A stretch of DNA of 61,951 bases, counting the filler, from Basidiobolus ranarum (taxonomy: Eukaryota), in the NCBI GenBank assembly GCA_040143965.1. It is 7 parts of 7 records of this genome, joined end to end, with 100 filler letters (N's around TTAATTAATTAA, not from the genome) between each part and the next. Parts side by side here need not be neighbours in the genome. Positions count along the whole stretch, not along the records: positions 44,358 to 53,105 come from JASJQH010007801.1; positions 53,206 to 61,951 come from JASJQH010007802.1; 5 more parts are not named here. One strand, given 5' to 3'. Shown piece after piece: positions 50,863 through 61,951 of the stretch. The first letter of the stretch is position 1; each line of letters begins with the position of its first letter. The notes below the pieces were generated by a model that saw only the letters and a program-made list of their open reading frames with translations, was not told where the DNA came from and did not search any database. A program made the translations under genes and the position numbers.

Positions 50863-53105
50863 ATGTTAAAGTACGTGTTGACCGTCCGTTTGTCCAACTC
50901 TAATCCTTAATGTTCACCATTAGAGAGAAGCTAACCGCATTATTAACCTCCATTAGACCGTCTACAGTATTCAATCCGCTTCGTCACGTTAGCACAAAAG
51001 TATCTTTCTAAGTTATTTCTCCTGGGGTATAATATTTCTTGAAAAATAGTGACATGCTTTATGTTTGAATTATCCAGTCTAAACTGTCCCTCAGTTTTGG
51101 TTCAGTACTCACTACTATGGCGCGACGTGGTTACCAGAGCAATAACAAAGGCTCCTCTACTGCACCTGAAAATGGTCAGAAGAAAGCCGAGTCTGATTCT
51201 AAAATACCTCAACATGAAAGAATTCTATTAGAGCCAATACGTACCAATGTGGTGAATTCATATTGGAAAGACATATCGAATTATACTCACGAACCAGGTA
51301 TACACTTACTTATTTCACATACTATGATAGCCATTATTTAGTAATATTAATCTTCTTGACTTCTAGGGTTGTTCCTTCTTGGTGAATCTGAAACCCACCG
51401 AGTTGCTCATAGCAATCAATATATTCTAAACCATTTACGTTCGGTGATTAATCTGGAGCAGGCGCATGGGGACCTAATCCCCTCTATAGTGACTAAGAAA
51501 TGTTGCGAATTGTACGAATCTTTGGACAAGGTTATTTCTAAATCCTCCATCCATAAGTTAGATATGACTCTAAATTTCCATTGTAGACCGGGAAAGTGAC
51601 GTTTTTGAGACTTATGAGTCAAGAATTTGGTATGGTATATGTTGCAAGTAAGTACCAAATGAGAGTTAATATTCATAAATAGTCATTAGGTGCACCAAGG
51701 GATGAAATCTCGAAAGCAGCTAGACATTACATTAAAGCTATGGATAATCAAACGGTAATCTCATATAGATTTTGTTGACATCCGTTTGTAACTGTTTTAC
51801 TGACCATTGGATTAGGATGGGACAGAAAAGGCCATCTTAAGAGCTCAACAAATCCTAAACCAAACATTGGCTCCGCCCTTCAATCGATTCTTCGATAATG
51901 TCAACAAGCTTCCAGGTGGTATGAGATTTCTGATCGACATGAGAAGTGATATGCTGGTGGGTTAATTAATACAGTAGTTGATTGACCTTGGAAAACTAAT
52001 GAATTTGATAGGAAATCTTGAGTCAAGATAAATCAGATCTTAACATTGCTTCATTAAGCGATGCGCTAAAAGAGAAGCTACAAAACTGGCTATTAGGTTT
52101 CCTGGAACTTGAAAGAATTACCTGGAATTCACCTGCAGCAACGTTGGAAAAAGTGAGGTTTATCCAGTTAATGTATCAATTCTTGTTGCTGATTTCTAAT
52201 TCGGATTAACATGATTTGACTAGCTTGCCCAATATGAAGCTGTCCACGCTTTTAGTAACTGGGCCGATTTGAAAAGGTAAATTATGAAGGTTTGAAGAGG
52301 TGAACCATCAGTACTAATTTAGCACAATGTATAGACGTGTTGGCCGGGGAAGAAGATGCTTCGGATTCTTCCATAGAAATATGCCAAATGATCCTTTGGT
52401 TTTTGTTCAAGTAGCCTTGGTGACCGATATTTCAAACAATGTGCAGGTAGGTGAATCTTTGGTCAATGCGGTATTCTTTTGGCTTGACACTTATCAAGTT
52501 GAATAGAACATTTTGAATGATCCATCTCCCGGTCACATCAATCCCTCAGAAACAATTCGCTCAGCTATCTTTTACTCGATCACTTCTCAACGCGGGTTAT
52601 CGGGAGTGGAATTGGGCAACTTCTTGATTAAGCGAGTGGTCGGAGTATTACAGGAAGAGTTCCCTCAGATTCACACGTTTTGCACTCTCTCCCCAGTTCC
52701 TAAATTTAAGAAGTGGCTAGATAATCAGCTTATCCGACAGGAACCATCAATTCTCTTGGAGGAAGATATCAAGCTTCTGGCAACATTAGGAGACAAAGAG
52801 CCCATGGCAGTATTCAAAGTGTGTATTTAACTGTTGATTGTTCAGAGCATTTATACTAAATGCGCAATCATCTTAGGATATCGTCAATTCATCAGCTTGG
52901 TATGAGGATCCAAAAGCATCCGCAGCAGTCAAAGCGCCACTTATGCGTCTTTGTGCAAGGTAGTCGATCCCATTCCCATGAAATCCACTCCCACTAACCC
53001 TCTGTTAGGTATCTACTAGGGCAAAAGCGAGGATATCTGGCATATGATCCAGTTGGTTAGTAGTTCTTTCTTCTGTTGGTGAATGAATGAGCGGATAATT
53101 AAATG
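50863..53105 (+). CDS. MLYCD: Malonyl-CoA decarboxylase, many exons, 3' truncated
   Basis: LERITWNSPAATLEK, YEAVHAF, RRCFGFFH..MPNDPLVFVQVAL, AIFYSITSQRGLSGVELGNFLIKRVV, TLSPVPKFKKWL, AYDPV. Start codon tentative. Confidence 0.92.
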
Positions 53106-53205
53106 NNNNNNNNNNNNNNNNNNNNNNNNNNNNNNNNNNNNNNNNNNNNTTAATTAATTAANNNNNNNNNNNNNNNNNNNNNNNNNNNNNNNNNNNNNNN
53201 NNNNN
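53106..53205. other. Artificial contig spacer
   Basis: N run with central TTAATTAATTAA. Confidence 0.98.
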
Positions 53206-53207
53206 TG

Positions 53208-53738
53208 ACCCAGTCATCTACTAGTCCTACTTTACACCTTTCTGCTAAAGCTAAAAACTCTGCTTGTCCTGCTCAAAGAAGATTTCCTATCAGAGCTAAT
53301 ACTCTTGCTACAACTGAATGGGCTGTCTGCTACTTTGCAAATGCTCCATATGTTCCTATATCAGAGCATAGAAAATATTTCAGAGAAGAAGGTATGGATA
53401 TTACTAAGATTATTAACATGAGATATATGAATAGCCACACTCTTGAGATAATACTTGAAAAGAGTATTGTCTCAGAATTCTCTGAAGAAGTACATGATAG
53501 GCTTGATTGGGAGCCAATTGATCATTGCTTCAAAGAAAATGCTGGTACCTCACTTTATGTTCCCTTTTCTTTAAAGGACACTCTGCTTAAAAGATTTACT
53601 TCACTTCTAAGAAATTCCCCCTCTCCACTTGTTACAAAATTTATGAAAGACTTCTACATTTCCCAAGCTAAGGTTCTCCATCCCCAAACTTTTGTCTTAT
53701 ATGAAGAGGTTTGGGAAGCTGCACTAAACAGGTCTTAG
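53208..53738 (+). mobile_element. 5'-truncated ORF in CpG-poor DNA, possibly a retroelement ORF1-like protein
   Basis: Frame is open from the contig start (..EWAVCYFANAPYVPISEHRKYFREEGMDITKIINMRYMNSHTLEIILE..); no CpG seen by eye; 3' flank shared with 42923-43033. Confidence 0.45.
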
Positions 53739-54862
53739 TTAGATTAATCTTTGACTTTTACTTTCTCTTGGCTTCTTTATTTATTTGTGTTGTATGACTT
53801 GAGATAAATAAAGATTACACCTTCTGGTGCTTTTCATCCCCCTAAGCTTTTCATCCCCCCTACCCTTTTATCTTGTCAACATGAATTTTTCTACTACTAT
53901 TGCTTGAAATCCCCAACAAGCAATGTGAAGAAAATAGAATTACAGCCCATAACTCATAGCCCATAGCCCATATTGTATCGATTTCAAATCACAACAAATG
54001 GATTACTAAGGTTATTTCTGAATTCCAAATTTGGAATATATCTATATACATCTTTACCTAGACAATGTTCCCTGGTATCTCTTATTCTGTTGCCCAGTTG
54101 AGATACTTTTGGACATAAACCTAAACCATCATCTCGGTCATCCTGACTGTCAACTTACTCTTACCTTTGCATTGAAGTCTATTTATTTCCGGTTGATGAG
54201 ATTTAAATTTCAAAGATAGTGCAACTTCTATGTTGATGAATAGTTACTTTTTTCAATATATATTAATGCACTTACACTGCCAGGTAGATTTCCTCCCTCT
54301 CAATCGTTGAATGGTATACCATCAATGTGCTCCATAACTACAGCTGTGAAAACTCTTTGACGGATCAAACAAAAAGACAACACCAGCGATAAGAATGGCG
54401 AGTTCTTCTTGCTTTTTTGACGCCTTTCTATACAATATAAAGTTAGCATGTGCTTTTGTACTGATGTAATAGGAAAGGTAGCGTGTGCTTTTAGGCTAGA
54501 GTGTTATCCTTGAAAGTCATAGGATTATTGCTATGCTAGTATAATATAGTATATACTAAATGGCGTATTGTTTGTAACGTAGCTAAAAGAAGAACTCAGG
54601 TGCTGTATCATAGCCTTAGGAGCAGGTGTTATACAGATGAATGGTTACTCTGGGTTATTATTGATTGCTTTGAACTTACCCAGATTTATTGATTGACACT
54701 GAAAGTACAAGCAACATTATGTACAACAATATCGCCAAGAGAATAGTAACAATTACACTACAAATATGATTAACAATAGAATGTGGATTAGGGTTAACTG
54801 AATGGTTAACTGAATGTGGATATATTTATACTGCGTTAACTATCTGTCCAACTAAATATGCG

Positions 54863-55180
54863 TAGTTGAGAACAATCTGACCTCCTTCGAGTATATACAA
54901 TAGCCACTCGGCTAGGCGTAAGTTCCCATAAATGACATAGTGTCAAGTAATTATTGCAGGTATTGTATTACATGCACTATGAACTACTTACCAAAAGAAA
55001 GGACTTGATCTTCTTCGGTGAATCTAACTTCAACCTTCATACATAAAAGAAATCTTGTTTAGAGCGTTGGAGGGCTAATAAAGATAAACATGCATTCATA
55101 ATTGGATAATTATTAGTTGAGAACAATCTGTCCTCCTTCGAAAGCTCGGCAAGGCGAAAGTTCCCATAAATGAGGCAGTG
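54863..55180. repeat. Two diverged direct repeats (54863-54942 and 55114-55180) upstream of the phosphatase gene
   Basis: Shared tagttgagaacaatctg.cctccttcga...ctcggc.aggcg.aagttcccataaatga...agtg. Confidence 0.85.
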
Positions 55181-55352
55181 AACCCTAACCCTTCAAATAA
55201 ATTAAATTAAAATACTCCTCTCTACCAATCACCTAAGCACAAGCCAAGTATTGAATTTGCACCATGGCAATTTACCTCACGGTCGATTACTTAAAGTTAG
55301 TCCACCTGTGTTTTATTTCCTGTACCTGTCTCTGTATATTTTCATTTGTAAC

Positions 55353-56571
55353 ATGGCCAAAAAACCCATCTTCAAGAATGATTATCCTCCTGGTTATCTG
55401 AAAACTTTGGTTCTGTCGTATTTTGTGGACTGGATTATTGTAGCACTACTTGCGATTGGTTTTTTCCTTGTGGATAAGATTCCTCCATTTCATCGACAAT
55501 TCTCTCTGGAAAATAAGACAATCAGCTTTCCTCATAAAGAATTTGACACTGTATCTATGGCTTTAGCTGGTGTAAGATTACTTTTGTCATGAGTTTTATT
55601 TAGACCGGAAAAATTTAACTTCTCCTGATACCCTATAGGTTTTGGTCTTTATTGTTCCACTTATAATCATGGCGTGTATTTCTCTTTTTATCCGGAGAAG
55701 TCCATATGATTGTCATAATTCACTACTAGGTAAGATTTGGTTGCTGTATCGCTCAAGTGAAACTGTATTAACTTTCGTAACTAGGTCTCTGTCTAGCAAT
55801 GACTTTAACACTTATGATCACACACGTCCTTAAGGTTAGTTAATGATATTTGATCGATTGATTATTATTTTGACCTTAACGTTTGATTCTTGTTCTAGAT
55901 CACAGTTGGCCGTCATCGTCCTGATTTTATATCGCGTTGTATACCAAGTGAGACAAAAGATCCCCTGCTAGGTTTAAGCTCAGTCGACATTTGTACACAA
56001 ACAGATGCGTATATTTTTAAGGATGGAATGAAAAGTTTTCCTAGTGGGCACACCTCATGTAAGTTTCTACATGAAATCTTTATTAAGCAATGATATGTAC
56101 TAACGACATGTATAGTAAGCTTTTCTGGGTTGACCTTCCTATCCCTTTACCTTGCTGGGAAGCTTCACATGTTTGATGAAAGAGGACACACTTATAAGAG
56201 TTTCGTTTCGGTAGCACCGATGATTGGGGCAGTCTTGATAGCGGTATCCAGAATATGTGATTATCGTCATCATTGGCAAGATGTAACTGTCGGAGCAATT
56301 ATAGGTACTAGATTTCAATTTTGCTAGCAATCTTTCTCTTATTTAACACCATCTTTAAGGTATTAGCTGTGCGTACTTCTCTTATCGACAATATTATCCC
56401 CATCTGGGTTCACCACGCTGCCATAAACCATTCTCACCTAGAATTCCTCGACCTATTGCTCAAAAATTAGATCTCCCTCAGAGTAACAGTAATGATTGGA
56501 TGAGGCTCGAGAGTGTTACAGTGACCGGTAACGACACCAACAAATCTAACAGTGAGAGATCATTAACGTAA
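55353..56571 (+). CDS. DPP1: PAP2-family lipid phosphate phosphatase (DPP1-like), multi-exon
   Basis: Catalytic motifs K|ITVGRHRPDF, KSFPSGH, SRICDYRHHWQDV; also PFHRQFSL and YRQYYP. Confidence 0.9.
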
Positions 56572-58638
56572 TACTACTCTGCGAATTCTTCATGAATATG
56601 CAGGTGTGATTAACAATCATTTTACTAGTGTAAACATCACTATACTAATACTACACCCCAACTAGCACAATTTACATTGCAATTAGCACAAATTTCATAT
56701 AAATATTCATAAATCAAACAAACTGAAAAGAAGATGATAATTACTAACTAGTAGTACTTAAGGAATCAATAATGCCAGCAGTTCGTCTCTTGAACAAGAT
56801 CTAGAATTTGAATGGATTCACATAATGTTAAATACCTTTTCAACGAACAGCTATTAATCGTATCTTTTCGTTACCTTAGAAGCCTTCTAAAACCCACATA
56901 ACTCCACTTAGAGACATCTAACCGACTTATATGATGAAGAAATGGTTGATAGTGAGAGGACATGTAATGAGTATGTAAGAGATGGCTGGTAATGAGAGGA
57001 CATCCACGCATAAACTGCTTGATATCATACTTCATGGTAATGTCTGGTTAAAAAGGTATTATCAAATTAATCTCTTAGAAAAGGACTATCAAAAGCAACT
57101 CTGGCCTCAACCTAAGATCAGCACAAGAACCAGCCATTTGACAATTGAAATTATCCATCTACATCTCCAAGTAGCGTCTTTCTATGTATAACATGTAGTC
57201 ATCTCCAAAAACCCCAGTATCGGCAAATGATGGTCGTGTATTGTAACAGATAACTACTCCACATAGTGTGATTTCAGTGTTTTCTGTGATTTCAGTGATT
57301 TTAGAGAACACACTGGATATATCTGTCTAACCTTCAAATCCAATTTGGCCATTTTTTGAGTGAAGGCAACCAAAAGAGGAAAGAGTCGAGTGAATTTCAA
57401 CATCATCTGATATAGAATCCACCCATTGTCATCTACATTCGGGCTTTCGTACGACTTTGTTCGGAACTTGGGATTCCACAAAATTCAATCTTCCCAATAT
57501 TGCCTAGGAAGTGTATGAATCATAAAACGATCTTCGCTGTAACTATGTGTCATCGCAAAGACACCTCGGAAGAGATCCTTTTGATACCCACTTTTCCTTG
57601 GAAAATGTATCCCTAGATATCGGTTCCTGTTTCTACGTAGCAACTTGATAGAATATAGTTCGTAAGTGGAAAACAAACGTTACTCAAGATCAATTCTGGA
57701 ATCATGCATCAACGACCACGTGAAGTCGCCTCGAATGTGTGAAGAGCATAAATGTTCTTAGAAATACTTCACCATTAACGAGACTGCATCCTTTTCAGAA
57801 AGGGGTTGCAGTATTTATATTCTAACTCCACGCACTGTTTCTCCACAGAGATAATGTCATAGCGAAATATGTGTAATTAGAAGCTGGTCTGCTTGTTATT
57901 TGTTAGTGGGAAGATTTTCTTGATGAAAGCAAGTATTCTAATATTGATAACAAGGTTCATTCGGCCATCAAAGAATCGATATCCGTATTAGATTATTACT
58001 TAATTTCCGGCTCAGCCCTTCTCGGCTATTCTCACCATCTAATAAAGGGGGAGGGACTCTAAGCAAGCAGTATGCTTAACACTTCTAGTGTCAGAACCTT
58101 ACATAGACTAGGCTTTTGTTATCAAGAATGTTTCTAGTTCTCCCGAAGATTACTCCGATGGAACAGATATTGAAAACAATGTGACCGAACCCTAACTTTG
58201 CCCACATCGTTCATGACCTGAAAATCTGCTTAGTGTTTCCGTTTGTTTCCGCGTGTATACTTTAAAATATAACTGGATGAGTCGGTCATCTGAATCTTCT
58301 TGGATCACTTCAATGCCCAATGATATTTCCTAAATAAGAAGTTACAATTGAAAGAAAGACTGTCCCGAAATGTACTCCCTTATCGGTCACGCTCTGTGAT
58401 TCGATCTGATCTACCCAATAAAAAGGCGCCATTGCTATCACCGAGCATTAGCCGCACGATAGTCAATATAATTAAGTGAAGGGAGGTGATAGGGATACGG
58501 ATATACACCTGATGGGAGGTGATACGGGGCCAAGAAAGAATGCTATAAATAGGAGGTGAGATTGGTAGGTGAGAACAATTTTTCGGTCACTTCTCATTGC
58601 ATCACTCTCCTCACCTGTTCTATATATTCAACTTCATT

Positions 58639-59472
58639 ATGGATCGTGGTCGTTTATTCTTAAAATCCAGCAGTAGACCAAGGAAACAACGTAGATCATC
58701 CACACCTAAAAGATATTCTCAACCCAAGATTTTCCAAAGTAGCATTACGGCCAAAACTTCTCCAGTGTTACCCGTATTGACCATATCTTCGGAATGTTGG
58801 GAGAAATCAAATCCTGCTGTCTATATATCCGAGAACTCCGTTGGATTGAATTCTCTTGATATCTCTCTCTCGAAGCATGATAGTAGTTCCCCAATCTGCC
58901 CTTTCTCTTACACCGAGGTACCCATCAAAGATGGTGGTGTCTCCAGCATATTACGTGTTACTCTATCCTCCAACCCACTTGAACCAGCTTCTGGTACCCA
59001 CAACTGCCTCTCTCGACCTGACCTAAAGCTTAAACAAGCTCGTGACACATTAGTCCAAGCCATTCATCCTACCAAAGCACTATTTATTAAGTACACATAC
59101 GACCTATTAAGTCAGCACGGCCAACATAACAAACCTAAGGGGTTCATGGGGACAAACGAAATTAAAGATTGTTTCGGTATATGTCTGCCAAATCATCCAG
59201 ACGGACCCCGGGAACGTAAATTCGAAGTGGAAGAGCATCTTCCACCACGTTTATCAGGACCACGAAGCATTCGTTTAAATCAACAGCATATCCGGATAAA
59301 TATTGCCGAATCAAGTATGATTAAAGCAAACAAAATTCTTCACCCATTGAAACAACGAAATTATCTGCCCCGACGTGAAGATCTATATATTGCCAATAGA
59401 CCCACATTACTTTCAGTATGTATTGGTGGCAGTGAAGAGACAGAAAATGGGAACGATATGGAGCTCTCCTAA
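58639..59472 (+). CDS. Hypothetical protein, intronless, 277 aa
   Basis: Long ORF from ATG 58639 with TATAAA near 58544, a basic N-terminus and a structured-looking C-terminal block RSIRLNQQHIRINIAESSMIKANKILHPLKQRNYLPRRED. Confidence 0.75.
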   Translation: MDRGRLFLKSSSRPRKQRRSSTPKRYSQPKIFQSSITAKTSPVLPVLTISSECWEKSNPAVYISENSVGLNSLDISLSKHDSSSPICPFSYTEVPIKDGGVSSILRVTLSSNPLEPASGTHNCLSRPDLKLKQARDTLVQAIHPTKALFIKYTYDLLSQHGQHNKPKGFMGTNEIKDCFGICLPNHPDGPRERKFEVEEHLPPRLSGPRSIRLNQQHIRINIAESSMIKANKILHPLKQRNYLPRREDLYIANRPTLLSVCIGGSEETENGNDMELS

Positions 59473-60940
59473 TAACACCAATCAAGACCTATGTAACATA
59501 ATTGTATTGCTATTTAATAAGAACTTTACTTTCTTAGCTCTCCCCCCTCCTCATTATCCTTAACTCTATATCCACCGAACATCAATTTATCGAGATAGAA
59601 TGAGTAGTAGTACTCTAATACTAAAATAATTCCTCCACCCGTTTGCTAGTCAACATCCATGTTCTTTATCTACACTTAACTCCGAGCCAATCATTGTAAA
59701 TAAATTGTTTATACTGCACAATCCCATCTCATGCTTCTCATAATACACCACAGTAATGCAGGGAGAGGGTGAGAGCGAGTGAGGGTGAGAGCGAGTGAGG
59801 GTCAATAACAATGATCCAAGTAGATTAGTTGAACATAAATTGCGATTGCAGTTCAAGTGACCTTGTCTACTTCACATGATCTATGATGATGATACTTCTT
59901 AAAAAGTGACTTATGATCTGGACCCACGGTTCAAATTTCATCAAAAACAGTCAACTCCCCCCTTAACAATGTGACGTATCCAGATCTGATATTATTTCAG
60001 CAATAGGAAGGTTTAATTCAGAGCTGCTTCAAGTCACGCTCACAAAACGATCAGTTGATTCATCACATTATCAGTTCAATATACTTTGAGACAATATGGC
60101 GCAATAAGTTAGATTTTGGGTCAGTTTGTTCAAGGTAAACTTCCATATATTATATTTAGGATGTGAGTGGTGCCAGGTGGTGTGAATGAATGTAGGTGGG
60201 CGTCTTATTCCTAGAAATCGATGGACCTTTTTTTTATCACCATAATTACCTTTATCACATGATGCCAAGTGATGCTTGGAATAATTCTAGGGGAAACTTA
60301 ATATGGAAGAGTTCTTGATCGAATTTCTAACTTTGGTCCATTTAAAATTGGCTGATTTTAGGATTAGGGCCAAGTAATGTGATCAAGCAAATAAAGAGAA
60401 AGGGTGAGGGTGGACCTAAGGGTTAGGTCACGGTTAAGATTACAACCCAAGCGGCTACGATCGTTCCCTTATGATTACTACCTATTATAGTCACAATAAT
60501 GTATCCATAAATACTGATCAATAGATAGTGAACGTGACAACTTTGCACGCTCTCATTATTCTGCGACTTTCTTATAACCTATGGATTTGATACATTCACT
60601 AAGTGACAGCTCCAACTTTATTCAGGTATGAAGTTTAAATCCAAACTATATAAACATGAAGTATCTTGGCCATTCATCTCCAATCATTAAGTAACACACT
60701 ATCATGATCAGAATGGTTGCTTTCTATTGACTATAGTCACTATATTTCCACTCGATAAATTGAATTGAAAAAGGAACATATCATGGACTAGCCCAAGTTG
60801 ACTTAGCATTATGAGAAATGCTTACATGCAAGAGTGAATTTTACCTCCAAATGATCCCATATTCAACATATCGGTACATCATATCGCTAGTACTCCAGAC
60901 ACTTTGAGTCAAATAATGCAAGATATAGGTAGGAGTTAAT

Positions 60941-61268
60941 TGTTGAAATTAGCATTGCCTAAACACCTATATAGTCATATATAGCTTAGTATTTAGTTAT
61001 CCTCTATTGAATTAATATATTACCCATTATTCTCAAGAGGAATTTACTTAGAAGTTTGAAGATATATAGATTTTGATAACTTGTGCTAGAAGCCCCAAAC
61101 TTTGCACACATGTTCCTGGGGCCTTTCTTAATACATTATACATGTTAGTTTGCATACATCTTGACAAACTATAAATGTCAACTGAATACTCAATAATCAA
61201 TAAGGGAAAACCACCATTTTCTCTAATTCTCCAAGCCACCTCCAACAGGCTCCCAAAATACTTTAACA
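60941..61268 (+). mobile_element. Solo copia LTR (subfamily A) with 5-bp target-site duplication
   Basis: TTAAT-[TGTTGAAATTAGC...TACTTTAACA]-TTAAT. Confidence 0.95.
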
Positions 61269-61436
61269 TTAATAAAGTATAAGTATACACTCATTCAGTT
61301 TAGAGAAAGCAACACTTTTTTATCTCAATATCATCCACTAATTATGAATATCTGGATTTTCAAATTCATCTTCAAAACTTCTATTTTCAGTGATCTTTGT
61401 TACTACATAACCACAATATCTTTAAATTATACAAAG

Positions 61437-61550
61437 TCTTAGTATTGTTATGATTTTGCTTAATTCTTAGTATTGTTATGATTTTGCTTAATTCTTAGTA
61501 TTGTTATGATTTTGCTTAATTCTTAGTATTGTTATGATTTTGCTTAATTC
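61437..61550. repeat. Perfect 28-bp minisatellite, 4 copies
   Basis: (TCTTAGTATTGTTATGATTTTGCTTAAT)x4 plus TC. Confidence 0.97.
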
Positions 61551-61951
61551 ATTGAGGGAATCAACCACACACATACCTATACAATTCATGAAGGTGAGGC
61601 TTTCCTTACCATTTAGATGTCACTGATAAAATATCTACCGTGGAAAAGCCCCCATAGATTGTATTCGATCGAATCCGATGCAGTGGATCAAATTGGCCAA
61701 TGTAGAAAGAAATGTCCTGGATTTTAAATATCATCCAATCGTTGGCCCACCTTGAGGTATTGAAACATCACCAAGTGATTACCAATATTGAAGTGATTAA
61801 TCAACCAGGCAAGCCTTCCAGCCAATCATCCAATCAATTCTCACTAGCTAATTGCGCAATTTCATGATGAGAAGCGTCATCAGGATTCTACCAATGATAG
61901 AGAACTGTGACGCTATGTCATGCAAATCAGGTAATTTTATCCACCCAATGA

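Noticed and set aside
61437-61550. CRISPR-like repeat
   Set aside because: No spacers, eukaryotic context, no cas genes.

Overview
Eukaryotic, fungal-type genomic DNA with short GT-AG introns of about 55-80 nt. Gene content suggests an early-diverging (zygomycete-grade, Basidiobolus-like) fungus; this is inference, not a database result. The window is not one locus. It is seven contigs of steadily decreasing length (8785, 8780, 8773, 8762, 8757, 8748, 8746 nt) joined by artificial 100-nt N spacers containing TTAATTAATTAA, so adjacency across spacers carries no information. Contig 1 is a CpG-depleted transposon graveyard: Ty1/copia remnants with a half-tRNA-iMet-type PBS, a CMC/EnSpm transposase pseudogene, and a decayed mitochondrial-type double-LAGLIDADG homing endonuclease. 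The other contigs carry a PAQR/IZH gene with 22-residue helical repeats, three clustered alpha-arrestins, CCDC130/YJU2B, GCV3, a 4-TM protein, a GST, RAD26/CSB, SDH5, malonyl-CoA decarboxylase, a DPP1-like phosphatase and many copia LTRs. The most unusual item is a six-exon gene, missed by the ORF track, encoding a 194-aa protein with two PAK-type CRIB modules and no kinase domain. Gene models were spliced and translated by eye, and pseudogene boundaries are approximate.
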